From Trichoplax adhaerens (taxonomy: Eukaryota > Animalia > Placozoa): 64,000 nucleotides of DNA. The notes under the pieces were generated by a model. It was not told the DNA's origin. It saw nothing but the letters and a program-made list of their open reading frames with translations, and did not search any database. The stretch lies in assembly GCF_000150275.1 (NCBI RefSeq), contig NW_002060947.1, positions 6,525,648 through 6,589,647 of the forward strand, written 5' to 3'. This document shows, piece by piece, positions 39,821-55,000 of this stretch (the first letter of the stretch is position 1; every line of letters begins with the position of its first letter). The translations under genes were made by a program, and so were the position numbers.

Positions 39821-42800
39821 TTAACCTATTACAAATGATAAATTATTAAACTTAATACCTCAATAATTTCCGTCGCCCTATTGATCTCACATTGGCAGCT
39901 AGATTTAAGAGTGTGTTTCAACTTAGATGAAGTTCTCACAAATACCTAAAATATAGTATGATTCTAAATGCTATTAACTAATAAGGCATTGCATTTTGAA
40001 AGGATACAAGTGAGTGAAGTTAGCTAAATTTTCTTTTCTACAAAGCAAAGTATTTATCATTATTATCATTTCTAATCATTGCGTCATTTACAGTGTACGG
40101 TATTATAGAATATATGTATAGATAGCATAGGTAGGTCAACACTTTTCACTAAATAGAGAGATTAAGATTAATCGATTAATTAAATATGAATTCAGTATCT
40201 TACTTCCACCAGCGAAGGCCTATTCGTAGCATGTTCACTGCAACATTTATTACAAATTTCTAGCAATTCAACCCGAAAAGTTTTGCCAGAAATAGAAGTG
40301 GAAAACAACTTTTTCTCCTGATGACGTGAGCCAAGACGTTTATCGTTCAGATATTTCCAGTATTTTTCGTTAGCTAGCCAATCACGCTATTAAGTTAAGA
40401 TATAAATATTTTGTAAACTCCAGATTATTTAAGATTGATGAATGTTAACATTGTAATCATTCCAAACTTGGGTAACTTGATTACTCAATAAAAATTCAGT
40501 CAAGTTGAACAAGCTAGCAGTGAACATAATTAGTTTACTGTTTATAAATTTCGTCATGTGATCGACAAAAATGAAAACTAAATAGCTAGCTAAGGCTAGA
40601 TTTAATTCAAAATTAATATTCTACATAGTTTTTTAGCTAGATTTAAGATTCATCATTATTTAAATGAATTATAATATTTTCTAGAGTGTCACTACATAAA
40701 ATTTTTAGTGAACGAAATAATTTTATCTCCTTTGAACTGACTGTTTGCTCAGTCTATAAATTATAAACAATATTAATGTTACACTGCCAACATTACTGAT
40801 ATTGAGCCATTATTAGTACTGATATTAATCATATTTACCATATTTTATATTAATTATTATTTTTACTTTACGTTTTAAACTCAACTATCTACTAAAGCAG
40901 TTAAAGAAATTCTGTAGAACTGTCTCGTTCGGTACATAATACAATTATGATTATCGGCTGTATGATTTAAGTATAATCTCTGACATACCAGATATTGGGG
41001 GATCCTAAAGGCATCGTAAGCTTGCTTTCCTGATATAACTTCGGTGGCAACCTATTAATCAATTTAACGCTAAACTTTTAATATTAAATTTTTAATTTTA
41101 ATAAAGTGTTTCTTATAATTCTAAGCTAAAATAATTGAAATGACTATACAGTAACAATTACAAAAATCAAAAACATACAATTGCAAAGCTATAAATATCA
41201 TTTTTCTTGCCAACGTGGCCATTTAGAGCATCCTGGCACATATAAGCAATTTTATGATGGTGATATAATGCTTTCTTGGATAGTGCTAACTTCGTTTGAA
41301 ATAAGCTAACATATCCAAAATCGCTTAATTTGGCTTCTCCAGTGTTCGTAATCAAAATATTCTTTCTACAAACAATTAAGATAGAATAAAATGGAATTTG
41401 AGTAATTTATACAGATAGAGCAAGGCGGATTTATAGTACCTAATGCAATTATGATTTTATCGTTATAAAATATTTTGCAGTCATGCAACATATCTAAAGG
41501 TATACGATTAGCTAATTTGGTCTAGATGGGAATGAATTATTTAGCGATAATTTTGATTTCAAACCACCTTAAAACAAAAACTTCGACTTCTTATCATATG
41601 GACTTCTACAACGAATTATGACAGATTTAAATCAATCCTACACCTACGTGGTTAAGTTTTCATGAACAATACCATGATCATGTAAATATTCCAAGCCATT
41701 TAATATATCGGTAAGAACTTGATAGCGTTGTTGTGAATTTAGGAAGATTTTTTTTGATTGCTAAAGTCAAGATGAAGGAAATGGCAATTACTACAGAGTA
41801 TTAAAATTGGCACTTTATGGCACTATTATTATTATGACATACCTGAGCCTTAATATGATCTCTTAAAGTATGTTCGAAATAACACTCCAATACGCCTCCA
41901 GGATAGCGATAGTACCGATAGGATTTTAAAATATTATCATGTTTTAGCCTGTATATTCAGATAAAAACAGCAGCTGCAATAAAACAAAAGCCATAACTTA
42001 TAGCGACGGATAATTTATTACCTAATCAGCTTCCTAACGGCTGTTCTCGTCTCTTTGCAATCATCTAGCTGTAAAAGCAATATTTATCTCAGTTTTTCTG
42101 CATTCTTTAATTTCATTAGCATGATATTAATCTCAATTTATTAGTATTAAACATTCGCCGCATAAAAATATTAGATAGTCATATTGAAATATAATGAATA
42201 TCAGGAGCAAGAACTTATTACGTCTTTTGGTTACTCCTAAAACGGCCTGAGATTTAGCTAAATATCATATGTTATACGTACACGAAAATTCCACACTTTA
42301 TAAACAAAGGCTTTCCCATCGTAGCGTATGATCAAATTTTGGCTATAATGGCCGTCACATTGTTTCTTGCCTACTTTATTATAAACTAGAGTAATTTCCT
42401 ACGTAGAGTGATAATCGAAATAGAATATGAATCCTTTTTAGCGAATGTTCTATGATAACAAACAAATGAATCGCTAATCTTATTTTAACCGCAAAAAATA
42501 AATGATTTTTAATTAGGTTACCGTCTGAGGTGGATAATCATCTATTTCATTCAACGTATCAACACTAGAACTTCTACTTGCACTTCTTGGACGAAGCAAC
42601 ATTACTTCTTCTGCTTGACTCTCTCGCCTTTTTTCAGGCTTACTTAGTACCTAATAGGATCGTACGATTTGAAGCAACGTAACTTAGGTAACACTGTACA
42701 ATAACATAAGATTGAGTTATCGTATTTAGCTACAGTATATAAGCAGAATTACAACAAGTGAGATTGATAATAGGATATCAATTTTCAACTGCTATTAGTT

Positions 42801-42882
42801 CTATATTGCTATAACTTAATACCCCGCAACATGTAAAATTATTAGCGAATTCAGATAAGCGGTATAATAATTTCTCCACCAT
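39821..42882 (-). CDS. IRAK/Pelle-like pseudokinase (kinase 2)
   Basis: Exons 42823-42882 (tentative), 42522-42650, 42282-42398, 42022-42068, 41843-41948, 41648-41760 (GLEYLH..IVHENLT), 41179-41365 (AKLSDFG..DIYSFAI), 40989-41051, 40204-40386 (CC..NRPS), and a last exon from 39945 with an ambiguous end. The frame is open throughout. Confidence 0.82.
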
Positions 42883-45800
42883 CCTATTTCAATCAAAAAA
42901 AAAATTCTTGACTTGATTGTGACTAGATAAGTACATCTGATAGATAGAGCGACAGATAATCTTTAAAGTAACAAAAGAGTACAAGCTGTATCAGTGAAGT
43001 AAATTATTTTAAAAAATTATTTGTCGTAAAAGATTTCTATAACAGACGCAGACTACTTCAGCATTGGCTCAGTTAGCAATCTCATCTAATTGTAAATATA
43101 TAAGAAACATTTAGAAAATGTCCCACTGTTAGTAATTTTTTAATACTGTCATATCGTACATCAGGAATGATATACAGTAATGATCATCGCACAAGTCTAA
43201 TATCGATCGATAAAGAATAAACTTTAAAATACGTGAAGATAAAAAATTAAAAAAAGACTAGCAACTATTTTACTCAATGGTATCATATTCGTGCATTAGG
43301 ATTTTTACATATAATAATTATTGCACAATCTAATAAAGACACATCAGAATAAATTGAATAATCTGTAAGATGAAAGTGTACACAGCAGATAAGGTCGAAA
43401 AATTTTCAGAATTGCCAATTCTTAAATCTAAAGGGGATTCTAACCCACGTTATGTGCGCTAATTTGCTAAACTTAAAACTATATTGAAAATAAGATCTCA
43501 ATTTTAATATTGTCGTGCAAGAGAAGAAAAGTAAACTATAATAATTCATTAATATTTACAAGAATTAATCCATTATACCCGCACTCTGTCTTATTTACGT
43601 AACAAGATCGGAAAGAAGTATGCCATACCCTTTTAAAATTTTAACTTTGAATGCAGCTAATTTTAATTTGGTGGTAAAAATCTTACTGCAACTACTGAGC
43701 TCACCATGGCATAATTTAATTAATTTATAGCACTTTAATATTTTATATAAGCAAATGTTTGCTAATTATGATCAGCTGTGTATTACATTATGACAAATCC
43801 ATGCAAACTAATCTGGCATTATTATGTTTAAAAATTGTATTTTTAGCAATAATATACTTTAGAAATCAATAGCTACTGCTCATAATTTCTTCCAATTTGC
43901 TAGTCTTCAAAAATAACGCGTACTGTTATTGATTTCACTATTACTATGCTATATCATAACAGTTAATGCTGAATAATTTGCACTATCTTGCTATAAGATT
44001 ATATCAGAAAATAACAATTATCTACTTTACTATTCTAACTGCTAAGAGTAGTACTTTAGTTCTGTGTGTATGCTCAGGAAATCAATATCAGCGCTTCGGG
44101 ATTTCTCTCCTCCCTTGAGGTTTCTAATAATATAATTCCGTCATTGTTTATGTAGTATTTATATAGAAGTTTTTACAATGGCTAATTTTGAGCATTATTA
44201 TAGCTACAAGATCACGCGAGTCATAATAATTTATTCTTTCTCGATGCTTGCTTTACTGAAACAGGCTTTGGTATAGTATTCCTGAAAATTAATATCGGTT
44301 AAAAAAAGTTGACTAAAATATTCTTCACGGGACGACCTAACTTACAAATTGTCAGCTTTTATAGGCTAGTACCGAGGACTACATAGTTACTAATTGAGTT
44401 ATGCCACTAAGATATGGGTAATTAAAATAAACTAACTTAGGACCCCATCTGAATACGAAGTTTATCTAAATAGAATACATCGCAAGCATTAATATGCGCT
44501 AAAAGGATTTTACTTGGCTAGAATGATTTTTATGACAGAATGAGATTATGAGTGTACCTTTTCACGGAATTTAGCTATGAATAACTCTATAGATTATTTA
44601 GCTTTGCATACTATTTAGATAAAATGAAATCAATTTGTAGGTATGCATAGTAAAGCTCCGATAATCTAATTTTTTCTGACTGCCAGTACCAGATAAATGA
44701 TTATCGCACCTGTATATTGGTGATTTGCCGCGACTATAGGCGCTGGTTTTTAAAATTTACAATTCTGATGACCACACCACAATTTCTGATTAGCTTTATC
44801 TGTCAAAATTTTAAAATCAGACACAAAGGTAAACGTCAGCGATGATTAGAATCCATTTCATAGCAATGATGAAAGTTCTTCCTAATCTAATTAGTACAAA
44901 TACATCGAATGAGGGTGAAAAATGACACTTCTGCTTGATTTTATTTACCGAATCTAAAATGTTGATTGTGCTCCTTGTTTAACCAAGGATAGCATTAGAT
45001 AAAGATGATTCTCTGCAGATAGCCAGATGAATACAAGTATTAAATTAGCTTCATCAGTAATAAATTATTATTACCGAGATATAAGTAATCTAATAATAAA
45101 GCAAAAGGGAACACTGTTGTGCAACAACTACCTTATTCTATCTTGGAATCGAATCAGACGAAGATAGAAAAGTAAAACAAATATTAAAAGTTCCCTCAGG
45201 ATTTCACTAACACCTTGTTTATCGGCCAGAAAGAGACAATGATCTAGTATATATTGTATTTAAAACAACTTATTGTAAACGTAAAGGCTTGTTGTTGGCT
45301 ATTACGTATTGTTTAGATTACAAAAGTTTTTGCCCTTACATATCCATGAGTTAATCAAATGGTAATTAACTTGCAGAATGATGGTTATTATTGAATTAGT
45401 CCATCAATAGAGTGAAAACAATCCTTGACTGACTTCCCAGCTATTCAGCACCTAAGCTATTGCTTTTAAATCAAATTTGTTGAATGAATAACATCGTCGG
45501 CTAGACAATAATTTCTTTGATGGCAATTCGATCACTAAAATGGCTATTGGAAGTTACAAGCAATTAATTGGTTTATGATTGAATACAGAAAAAGAATGAC
45601 AAGAGATTGAGAATAAGCAAATACAACTCAAAAGCTATCTTTCATCATTTTCTCTCTTTTTAATGATAATTTGATCGAACGATTGGATTCAGAATAGAGC
45701 CACCGTTCAGAATTATTTTATCAATGAACAAGGCAAGCATTTAAATGTTAGATATAACTTTCTTCTTTCGCTTACGTCTATCGAGTTATCATGATTGACG

Positions 45801-46319
45801 ATGAAATGAAAACTCGGTAGATTAGAAGTAGTTTATGTATTGGCCTTACCTTGTGCCCTATGATTGTCCTACATTTGAAATTTATATCAGTAGTACATAA
45901 AACGATTAGCCTACGGTCTAGAACTTTGCCAAGATTACTATAATTAAATCATCTTCATACAAAGTATCCAACAATGAGCTTTGATGATATGTTAATGTAA
46001 ATATCTAATCAGGGCAATTTAAAAATAAAAATTGAATATTGAGACAAGATCTGTTTAATTTAAAAACTGAAAGCTGATCAACTACCAGTTCCATGAGTAA
46101 ACTTTTCTATCCAATGCTAATTCCATTAATACAAAGTTATGATATCTTTGTTACGAAATTTTTGTTCATTAATGCACTAGTAGCTGGTCTGATAGAACTG
46201 CACTTTTATATTAAGGCTTCAATATGTATGACATGAGTCATGATAGGTACTAGAGAAAAAACCACTTATGGTTGCCAAATAATCGTTTCTAGCTACAGTC
46301 ATATATAGCAGTCCTCGTA

Positions 46320-47440
46320 ATTTTGTTTTTAATATCTTGTCTATTTGCTACTTTAATAACCGACTAATTTACACCATTACTGAGATAATAATTGATCCTA
46401 ATTACATATAAAAACTGGCATAAATGTCGTTCATTAATTTACAAGTAGTTGATCCAGTAGTAGTACTACTTATACAAGATATAGCAACAATCAACAGGTG
46501 TATTGTTACTTTCATAAGATACATAAACAAAAAAGGCGTATATACGCATAAATAGGATTGGAAGATCCATACAAAATTAGTAGAGAAAACAAAACATAAC
46601 CGATATGATTTAGTAATAATAGCTATAGGCTGCTGTCTATGAAGAGTTACAAAATCCTTAGCTTTACATGAAGAATTAAATGCTTCATAAACTCGAAAGA
46701 AGATTTATCTAATAGCTATCTAAATAATTATCACCTATCACCATGAAATAATTTTGTTTAATATCCTGCCTGTATTGTTTAATTTTTAATAACCGACTAA
46801 TTCACACCATTACCGCATGACAATTGGTCCTAAATATATACAAAAACTGCCGTAAATGTCATTTATTAATTTACAGGCTGATCCAGTAGTACTAATACAA
46901 GATATAGCAATAGGTCTAGAGGTACTTTTAAAAAATGTTTAAATAATAAAAGCATAAATTTAATTGATAAGATCTACAACATATTACTGGAGGAAAAAGT
47001 GCATACAGGTGTAATTTTTCTAATAGCAGCTATATGCTAGTGTTCAAAAATAGTAACGGAACCCCTGGCTTTACATAAAGCATTAGAAGCTTCGTAGACT
47101 CAAGAGAAGATTCATCTAATTGATCTCCAGATCATTTCATCTATCGTCATAATATAACTTTGCTTAATTCTCTGTCTATATTATTTTACTTCAATAATCG
47201 ACTAAAGTACACCGTGACAGAGATGATAATTGGTACTAGATATAAAAACTGCCGTAAATATCGTTTATTAATTTGCAGATAGCTGATCCGGTAGTAATCA
47301 TACAATATACAGCATCCGGTCTAATAGTACCTATTAAAAAAGACGTGTACAGTAAGGCATAAATGTAATTTATAGGGTTCATAATATATTACTAGAGGAA
47401 AAAATTATTTACCGGTATAATTTTCCAATTAATAGCTATA
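46320..47440. repeat. Degenerate tandem repeat, ~405-430 bp, about 2.7 copies
   Basis: aataa.cgactaa..tacacc...aaaaactg.c.taaat at ~46355, ~46790 and ~47195. Confidence 0.8.
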
Positions 47441-47849
47441 ACTACAGCTCGATGATAACATCCTATATACTAGTCATCTGTTTGTTTGGATATTCTACCC
47501 TTGTTGCTTATTATTTAATAAGCGATTAAATCACATCCTTTACTGAAAGATTTTATACTACTGCTTCAGTGATACTTATTTACCCTTCTTGATTACTTGT
47601 GGTCTACTACGAATACTCCATTAATGGAATTGGTTCTGCCAGGCATTAATATCAATCTCCAGACTGAATTATAGTATAGGACATAGTTGGTAGTGGATCT
47701 TGGTTTGTTATGGCGAAAATTAATTCTCTCCAGGGAATTGAAACCCTAATTCTCGTCTTGTCATGATTTTGATAGCCAGAAATCAGCAGCATACCGAGAA
47801 ATGCTTTCAGCTTTCGAATGAATCATATCGAGCGTTGGATATTAACACC

Positions 47850-48490
47850 TTCAACTATTAGACATAGATCGACATAGCTTAGCCTAAGATTTCCAGACCA
47901 AGCGAAAAATGGGTATTTATCAATCTACTATCCCCGTTATTCCCGATTTTCTCTTGGAAGGTCCTAGAGATCTTGAAGTTGGATAGGTTAAAAGACTCGA
48001 TTACGATTCTAATATCGACGAAAGAATTGAATGCATCAAATTAGCATCTTCAACCATTGGGCATAGATCGAGATCGCATTCTCTATAGCATTCTTGACAA
48101 AGCGAAGAATGAGCAATGATCAACCCATTTTCCCAGTTATTCTTGATTTCCTCTACGAAGAACTTTGGACACAGATCGATAGAGCATACCTACAATTTCT
48201 TGATCAAGCAAAGAATGAGCAGTTATCAATCCATTATCCCTGTTGTTCCTGATTTTCGCTTCAAAGAACATCAAGATCTTGAAATCAGGATTAAAAGACT
48301 AGCTTATGATTCTAACATCGATGAATAAACTAAATGCAACAAATTAGCACTTTCAAATTTTTAACTATTGGATATGGATCGACAGAACATTCCATACCAT
48401 TTCTTGACCAAGCGAAGAATGAGTATTAGTCAATCCACTATCCCTGTTATTCCCGATTTTCTCTTAGAAGGATACAACGATGTATAAATC
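47850..48490. repeat. Degenerate repeat, ~115 bp core x4, spaced ~200/112/200 bp
   Basis: gatcga...gac.aagc.aa.aatg.g...tcaa.c.a.t.tccc.gtt.ttc..gattt recurs four times. Confidence 0.75.
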
Positions 48491-50094
48491 AGAGAGATTA
48501 CAATTGCATTAGTGACGAAGGACTTGAATTTAACGATTGCAGCCCAGTTCCTCTACTTAAACAAATCTTAATATTATTATTATTTACTTAACTCTAGCAC
48601 CCCGGTTACTAGCATATAGGCTGCTTCTACAGTATTAAGATTAAGACCCATCCTCGTGTACAACAATTTTTATTATGACTTAATACTGTAACTAAAAGAA
48701 TTTTGACACCTGCAGTGGTATCTACATTTCCAGAGCATCTTTGCTCAAAAGCAAGTCTTAAAAACCTTAGGTACCTGCTTCTATGTAACACTTTTACTGT
48801 ATCATTCATCATGACAGCAGACATACATCCCAGTTAAACAGTCTATTTGGAAAGTAGCGAATATTCTCTTATTTCAAGACGTTTTAATTTCGCATATCTT
48901 TATGGAAAGTGGCAATAAATAGTCAGTCCTTGCGTTGAATAAAAATTAGTTGCATCTGAGCCGTAATATCAGTCAAGAATAGAAATTGCTTTCAACGATG
49001 CCAAACTTGTTATCGTATCTAAAAGCAGTCAGATCATAACAACCTTACTCATCGGTCATGTTCAGCAAATTCCTTTAATTCGAAAATATAGCCACGACTA
49101 CTAAGAATTACTACCGGTAAGCCTTTCTCGCTTAATTGAAAATTAAGGAGACTATTAGAAACGAGCTATACAAATGATTTTCTTTTATTTCTGCCTGTAT
49201 TAGATTCACTATAATATATGATCGTTTTCGCTACCGATTGCCTAATCCTTTTGCAAAAAGTTAAGCTTTGAATAGTTGTCGTCATTCTATACAAATTTTA
49301 TGAACTTTGATTCAATTGCCGTTATGAAGTTTTTATCCACACGGTTGAGAAAATGGAGACATACCTAGCTATGCAATCTTTAATCCTTTTCTTAAAAGCT
49401 AAGCATTGAATAGCTTTCGTCATTCTATACAGGTGTTAACCATAAATAAATCACCATCACTAAGGACTTATCCGTGCACTGGAGAAAATCATGCCATAAG
49501 TATGCTTCGATATCGTTAGTATTATCGATCATCTTTGATTGTGTTCATTATCATTAGAAATTGATGAGGATAAAGGAATCTACTTCACACTCTAGTATCT
49601 TTGATCTCCTGCTTTGCTCTAAATCTGATTGCTATCCTTTGTCCTTCCCAGCTAAGCTGCAATAACTGGATCTTGATGTATCTATTATGGCAGTCAGGAT
49701 AGTGATATTTTTATGCCCTGTATCAAGTAAATCTACTCCGCAAATATAGTATCTTTGATTTCTTGCCTGGGAAACTATCACTCTCTAGAATAAAAATGAG
49801 ATGGAGATTTGTAAAAATAAGTGTTGGTAGTTTTCTGTCTAAAGTCTAAATCCGAGTTCATGATAATTATATCGATTAGAAATGAGAATTAAATGGAAAA
49901 TAGGGTTCTATTATCTACAATATTATCAGATTATGGCAGATAATTTATTAGTGTAAGAATTATATTATTAAATATAGTATCAGCAATACTGTATTTATTG
50001 TCGAAATGAGAAAATTTGTAATTGGCCTTGAAAAGTAGTAAAGTAATGTAATGTCTGATATAGGGGGATCACCGATAATCCTATGAAGTAGGAA

Positions 50095-51260
50095 GGCAAA
50101 GCTACTATAGGCTATAAAGTGATCTTAGTAGTATGATACCCAGGATTAAAAAGTAGAAGATTGTTTGGAGAAGAAAATGAGAAAAGCAATTTCATCAGTA
50201 GGTTTAGAATAGGTCTTTTAAATATTTTCAGTCTGAGAGCTAATTCTCATCAAAACTGAACGCTAAGAGATCAGAAGCAGGACCAGATTATAATCATTTA
50301 GTAGATGTGTTCTTCTGCTCGACGCAACTTTTTGCCATGACCAGCAGGGGTGAACTTTTTAAGTTCAATTAATCAATTCAATGTACAGTTGACTGCCGAT
50401 TGATTACAGCCTTTTCTATTCAGTTTATTATTTATAGCAAAGTATTGCAATGTCAAAAATTTTAATACAGGGAAGGGATCATAGATCATCATTCTATGGA
50501 GTATGGAAATAAAGCTACCCTCAACTATAAAATAATCTTAATATCATGATACCCACGATTAAAAAGTAGAAGATCATTTAGAGAAGAAAATGAGACAAGA
50601 ACCTTTTCATCAGTAGGTTTAAAAAGGGTCTCTTAAATTCAGCCTGCGAGCTAATTCTTATCACAGTTTAAAGCTAAAAGATTAATATGATTAGGATCAG
50701 AACATAATCATTACAGTATATGTGTATTTATGTTCGTATCTAATCGCCTGGGCGAATAGAGGTGAACATTTTTCAAATTAAATTAGTCGATATAATACAC
50801 CATTTGCTGGCAATCGATAGTCATTTTTTCTATTCAGTTTATTACTATAGTAAAGCGTTATAAAGTCTACGATTTTAATTCAGGAGGGAAATTATAAATC
50901 ATGATTGTATGGATTAAGAAATAAGCTGCCATCATTATAAAGTGATCTAATAGCGTGATACCTACGATTAAAACGCGGAAGTTCATACAGAGAAGAAAAT
51001 GAGTCAAGCATTTTTTCATTAGTGTTTAGAAAAGGCCTCTTAATAAATAATTTCTACCTGTGAGCTAATTCTCATTAAAACTTGAAGCTAAGAGATTAAT
51101 ATAAGCTGGACCAGATCATAATTATTACGGTAGACAAGTACGGCTTCTCCTATCTTATCGCTATGGCGAATAGGAATAAACTATTTTAGATTAAATTAAT
51201 CAATCCAATTTACAATTTACTGGCGATTGATAGTTCCCTTTTCTATTCAGTTTATTATTA
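50095..51260. repeat. Degenerate tandem repeat, ~415-425 bp, about 2.8 copies
   Basis: tgatacc.a.gattaaaa...agaagaaaatgag...gagctaattct...ttttctattcagtttatta recurs three times. Confidence 0.85.
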
Positions 51261-52082
51261 ATATGTCAATATTTCGACTGTGCTGCATGATCTTTACCGG
51301 CGATAAATTCAAATTAGGGATAACATTAGTGTTACAATATGCTATGTCAATATTACGGAATTGGAACTCGAAGTAAAAAGTTGTGAAAATCTCCATCATA
51401 TTAGAAAAGTGTTATATGATCGATTAAATTGATGGCTAAATCGCGGTAATCAACAAATTAGAAAATAAATTGATTGCCAAAACCTAAATTGGATTTATAG
51501 CTATATTAGGTTGAATGAGAAACATTCCCATCATAATTGCTTTATTAAGTGGTTGTTTGTCCGTAGCCCAGAATAAAAGTTTTCCACGGGTGGAATAGAG
51601 AGATTCTTGAACCATATGGTAGCAAATGATGAAGGTTATTCATTGCAAGAACGTAAACTCTCCGTCATATGGGCTAGCAAACAAACTCGATTGACTTTAT
51701 TGTCCGTAGTAAAGGTTTAATGACGTCTGATCTACTTCCTATAGGACGCCAAGACTTAAAGAGCTAATAACGCTAAATGATGTCATTTGATGATTACTTT
51801 TCATTGCTTACGTCGCCATATTGGTTGGTTGTACAACGGACAATATTTCACTCTATTTGATTTATCGGTTGTATTATCACTCTGCTAGCCAATTGACTGC
51901 ATGAAAATTGCATCTTTTTATTGACAGACTCGATCAAGTATTTTGCTACGGACGCTGTCTAATCTTCTCCACTCAAAGCACCATTTTAAACTGTGATAGC
52001 CATTCAATTTGAACGAAAGAAATCAGAAATTTCTATTAAAAGTTCTCCTTCTAATTGCACTATCCATCATTGCTGAGATCCA

Positions 52083-55000
52083 ATGGGAAACGCGTGCAAG
52101 AAACCATCAACTCCTATATTCAAGGTAATGCAAAATGCAGTAGGAGTGCTAATCTTACTTGAAAAGATAATCACTGCGATTACTCCATTAGTCACAGTTT
52201 TCAGTTGTAGGATTATTTATTTGTGTGGTAAAAGTGATTAGTACGCGAAATTTGTGTCCATTTCCTTGATCTATTTTCCATGGGTACAATTTTGAATTGA
52301 TATCCAAGATGAACGTTCAATTTTTCAATTTCTAGATGCTAATCATGCTATCTTTCTTCAGGCGTACTGACACTCAAATTTTTTCAACGGTCTTCGATAT
52401 AGATTGTCTACTTTTATAGTATCCCTCTATAAAATATATTAATTTAAAGCTAACTGATCAATCGCTTATTCTCTCTAATTAAAGCTAATTACGCTACCTT
52501 TATTCAAGATTTAAAATGGTAGCCACCTAACACTCAACATGAGGCCTATTCTATCTAAATAATGTCATAACAGATCTGTAAATCATATTAGCATAAACCT
52601 TTACTTCTCTAAGTATATATCTTAGGCACCTATTCGCAATATGATATCACTATTAACCCTGTTGACTAGAATGCGATATTGAATGTCACATCCACCAAAA
52701 CTAATTCGTTTATATGGAGTAAAATTTTGATGTTTGTGGCATGGTCACTTTTAATTCATCTATGTCTACCATTTAATCTTATTTATTATCCATTTAAGCT
52801 TTCAAGATCAATGCCAACATCATCATTTATATTTGATCACTGATACTAATTTAATGAAATAGCAGGTTGAAACTAATTTACCACAACTAAAGATTAATTT
52901 CAGTTAATACGCTATTTCAGTATTCCAAAATCTTACTTTAAATAACACAAGATTGAATTTTACTTTAGACCTGAGTTCTGAAATTATGGAAAAATAGTTC
53001 TTGGTTTTGGGGTTTCTGTTTGGTTCAATATCCAGTAGGATATTCATATTGAATGTTTACCTGTTTGAAAATAAGACTGTTTGAGCAGTTAATATAGATA
53101 TCTAGTTTGTAAGATTTCTAGGACTGAATATAGATATCCGATTCGATGATTCTAGCTTTATTATTCATGTTGCACTTAGATTAATTCGTGCTTAGATCAT
53201 AAATATTGAAGTAACTAACAAGGAATTTTTTAAATTGTGTCTATCGTTTTTGGCCAATATCGTCCCATAACAATTATATTGATTTACTTTTATTTATTGG
53301 CAAAGTATTTAGTTATCTATTTACATATTTATTTCTAGTCTTTATTGAATCTTTACATAGATGCTTTACGATCCTAAAGATACTGTGGATAAATCGAATT
53401 TACTGTACTGATAATCATACATTAAATTGAATAATTGTATTGCAGTTGAACCACCCTTAAGCTTGTGGATAATTTTAAAGGAATTGTAATTACATATAGC
53501 TAGCTTGGAACCATTAAGACCTCATTTATATCGTATACTACGCTATTAATCAAATTATGGTTATTTTTTATATCGCAGCCAGTCAATCCTCATCGAATAC
53601 TCAGATCGGTAAAAGATAATGTGATAACATAAATTGTATAGCGGATGCAATATCTAAATGGATACTTGTTATATTATGATGGCGTTAAAGGACATTATTA
53701 CGTCAAGCGAAATTAATTATCCAGCCTATCTCGGTGAGGGTGAATTTGGTCAAGTTTTTAAAGCTGAAATTCGAAAGCTAGGAGCTGTTGCCATTAGAAA
53801 GCTGAATCTGGAGGTTATTAATTGTAGTATTAAGGATTCTAAACTCATGCTTCCGGATCAATTTTCTAGCAAGATAATACTCGATGCTAATACTGAAATG
53901 ACAGAGTAGGATGAGCTTCATAGTTGTTATAGAGGAGTTGATGATATTTTTATACTCAGAAAGATATGATGATGTAGTATTATCAACAGAGGAAACTACC
54001 AAATTGGTGCTTTACAATCATTCTGTGACACATTGTGAAAATAGTGAATTAGTTTTTCATAGCTATGAACTTCTGGTTTAGGGTTTGACGCATTTTTTCC
54101 CTTTTGAATGATGACCCAATTAAATGTAGGAACAATCTAGAATTAATTGCTGGCCATTTAATTTGGTAGTATGAAACATCTGAGTAGGATACGTATAATA
54201 TACGTATCTAATAAAATTATTTAAAAATTATCTTTATTAATGACTGGCCATGTGATATAGCGACTAATATTAAACATCAGCGTAGAATAGACATTTTATA
54301 TCTCATGATACTAGATTATTTAGCTCCCATTCTTTCTGTTTATAATTTACGTATCCTATAAAGGCAAAGTAGTAGAATATAACATTCTTTTTATTGCAAT
54401 TAACTGAATTATGTTTTATTATTGCATTTTCGTATCCTATAAAAGTAAGTAAAACAATCTGCATCAATGACTAGCCAAGCGATATATCGTACCAGTATAC
54501 GACATCAAACAAGAATATATAATTTACTATCTCATGAGACTGGATTACTTAGCTCTCATTCCAGCTGTTACAATGCACATACTAGGCCTATAGAGATAAA
54601 GTAGAGGCATGTGAAATTACTCTATTGCAACTAGCTGGATTATATTTTACTGCTGTATTCCGCTGTGATACTTTTCATTTATTATAAATTATCCTACTCT
54701 ATCCATATTACATCGGCCGCTTTGGACGAATATCAATTTTTGTATTATATCGAGATAATTTTGTCTAGTGTAACGACTAAGGTATTTTTTTATGACCAAT
54801 ATAGTATGCAGAATTATTACCTACCTTTGCCGGACTTATCGAGTAAGACGATAATAAAATAGTTCTAAATATTATAGCTACAAATGTAATTATCTTATAA
54901 ATTTCCTTTGAAAGTTAAGCTTGAATAAAATACTATGTATTCACGATTTAATCCACTCTTATTTAAACAGCTACAATCATATTAATATTGTCAAACCGAT

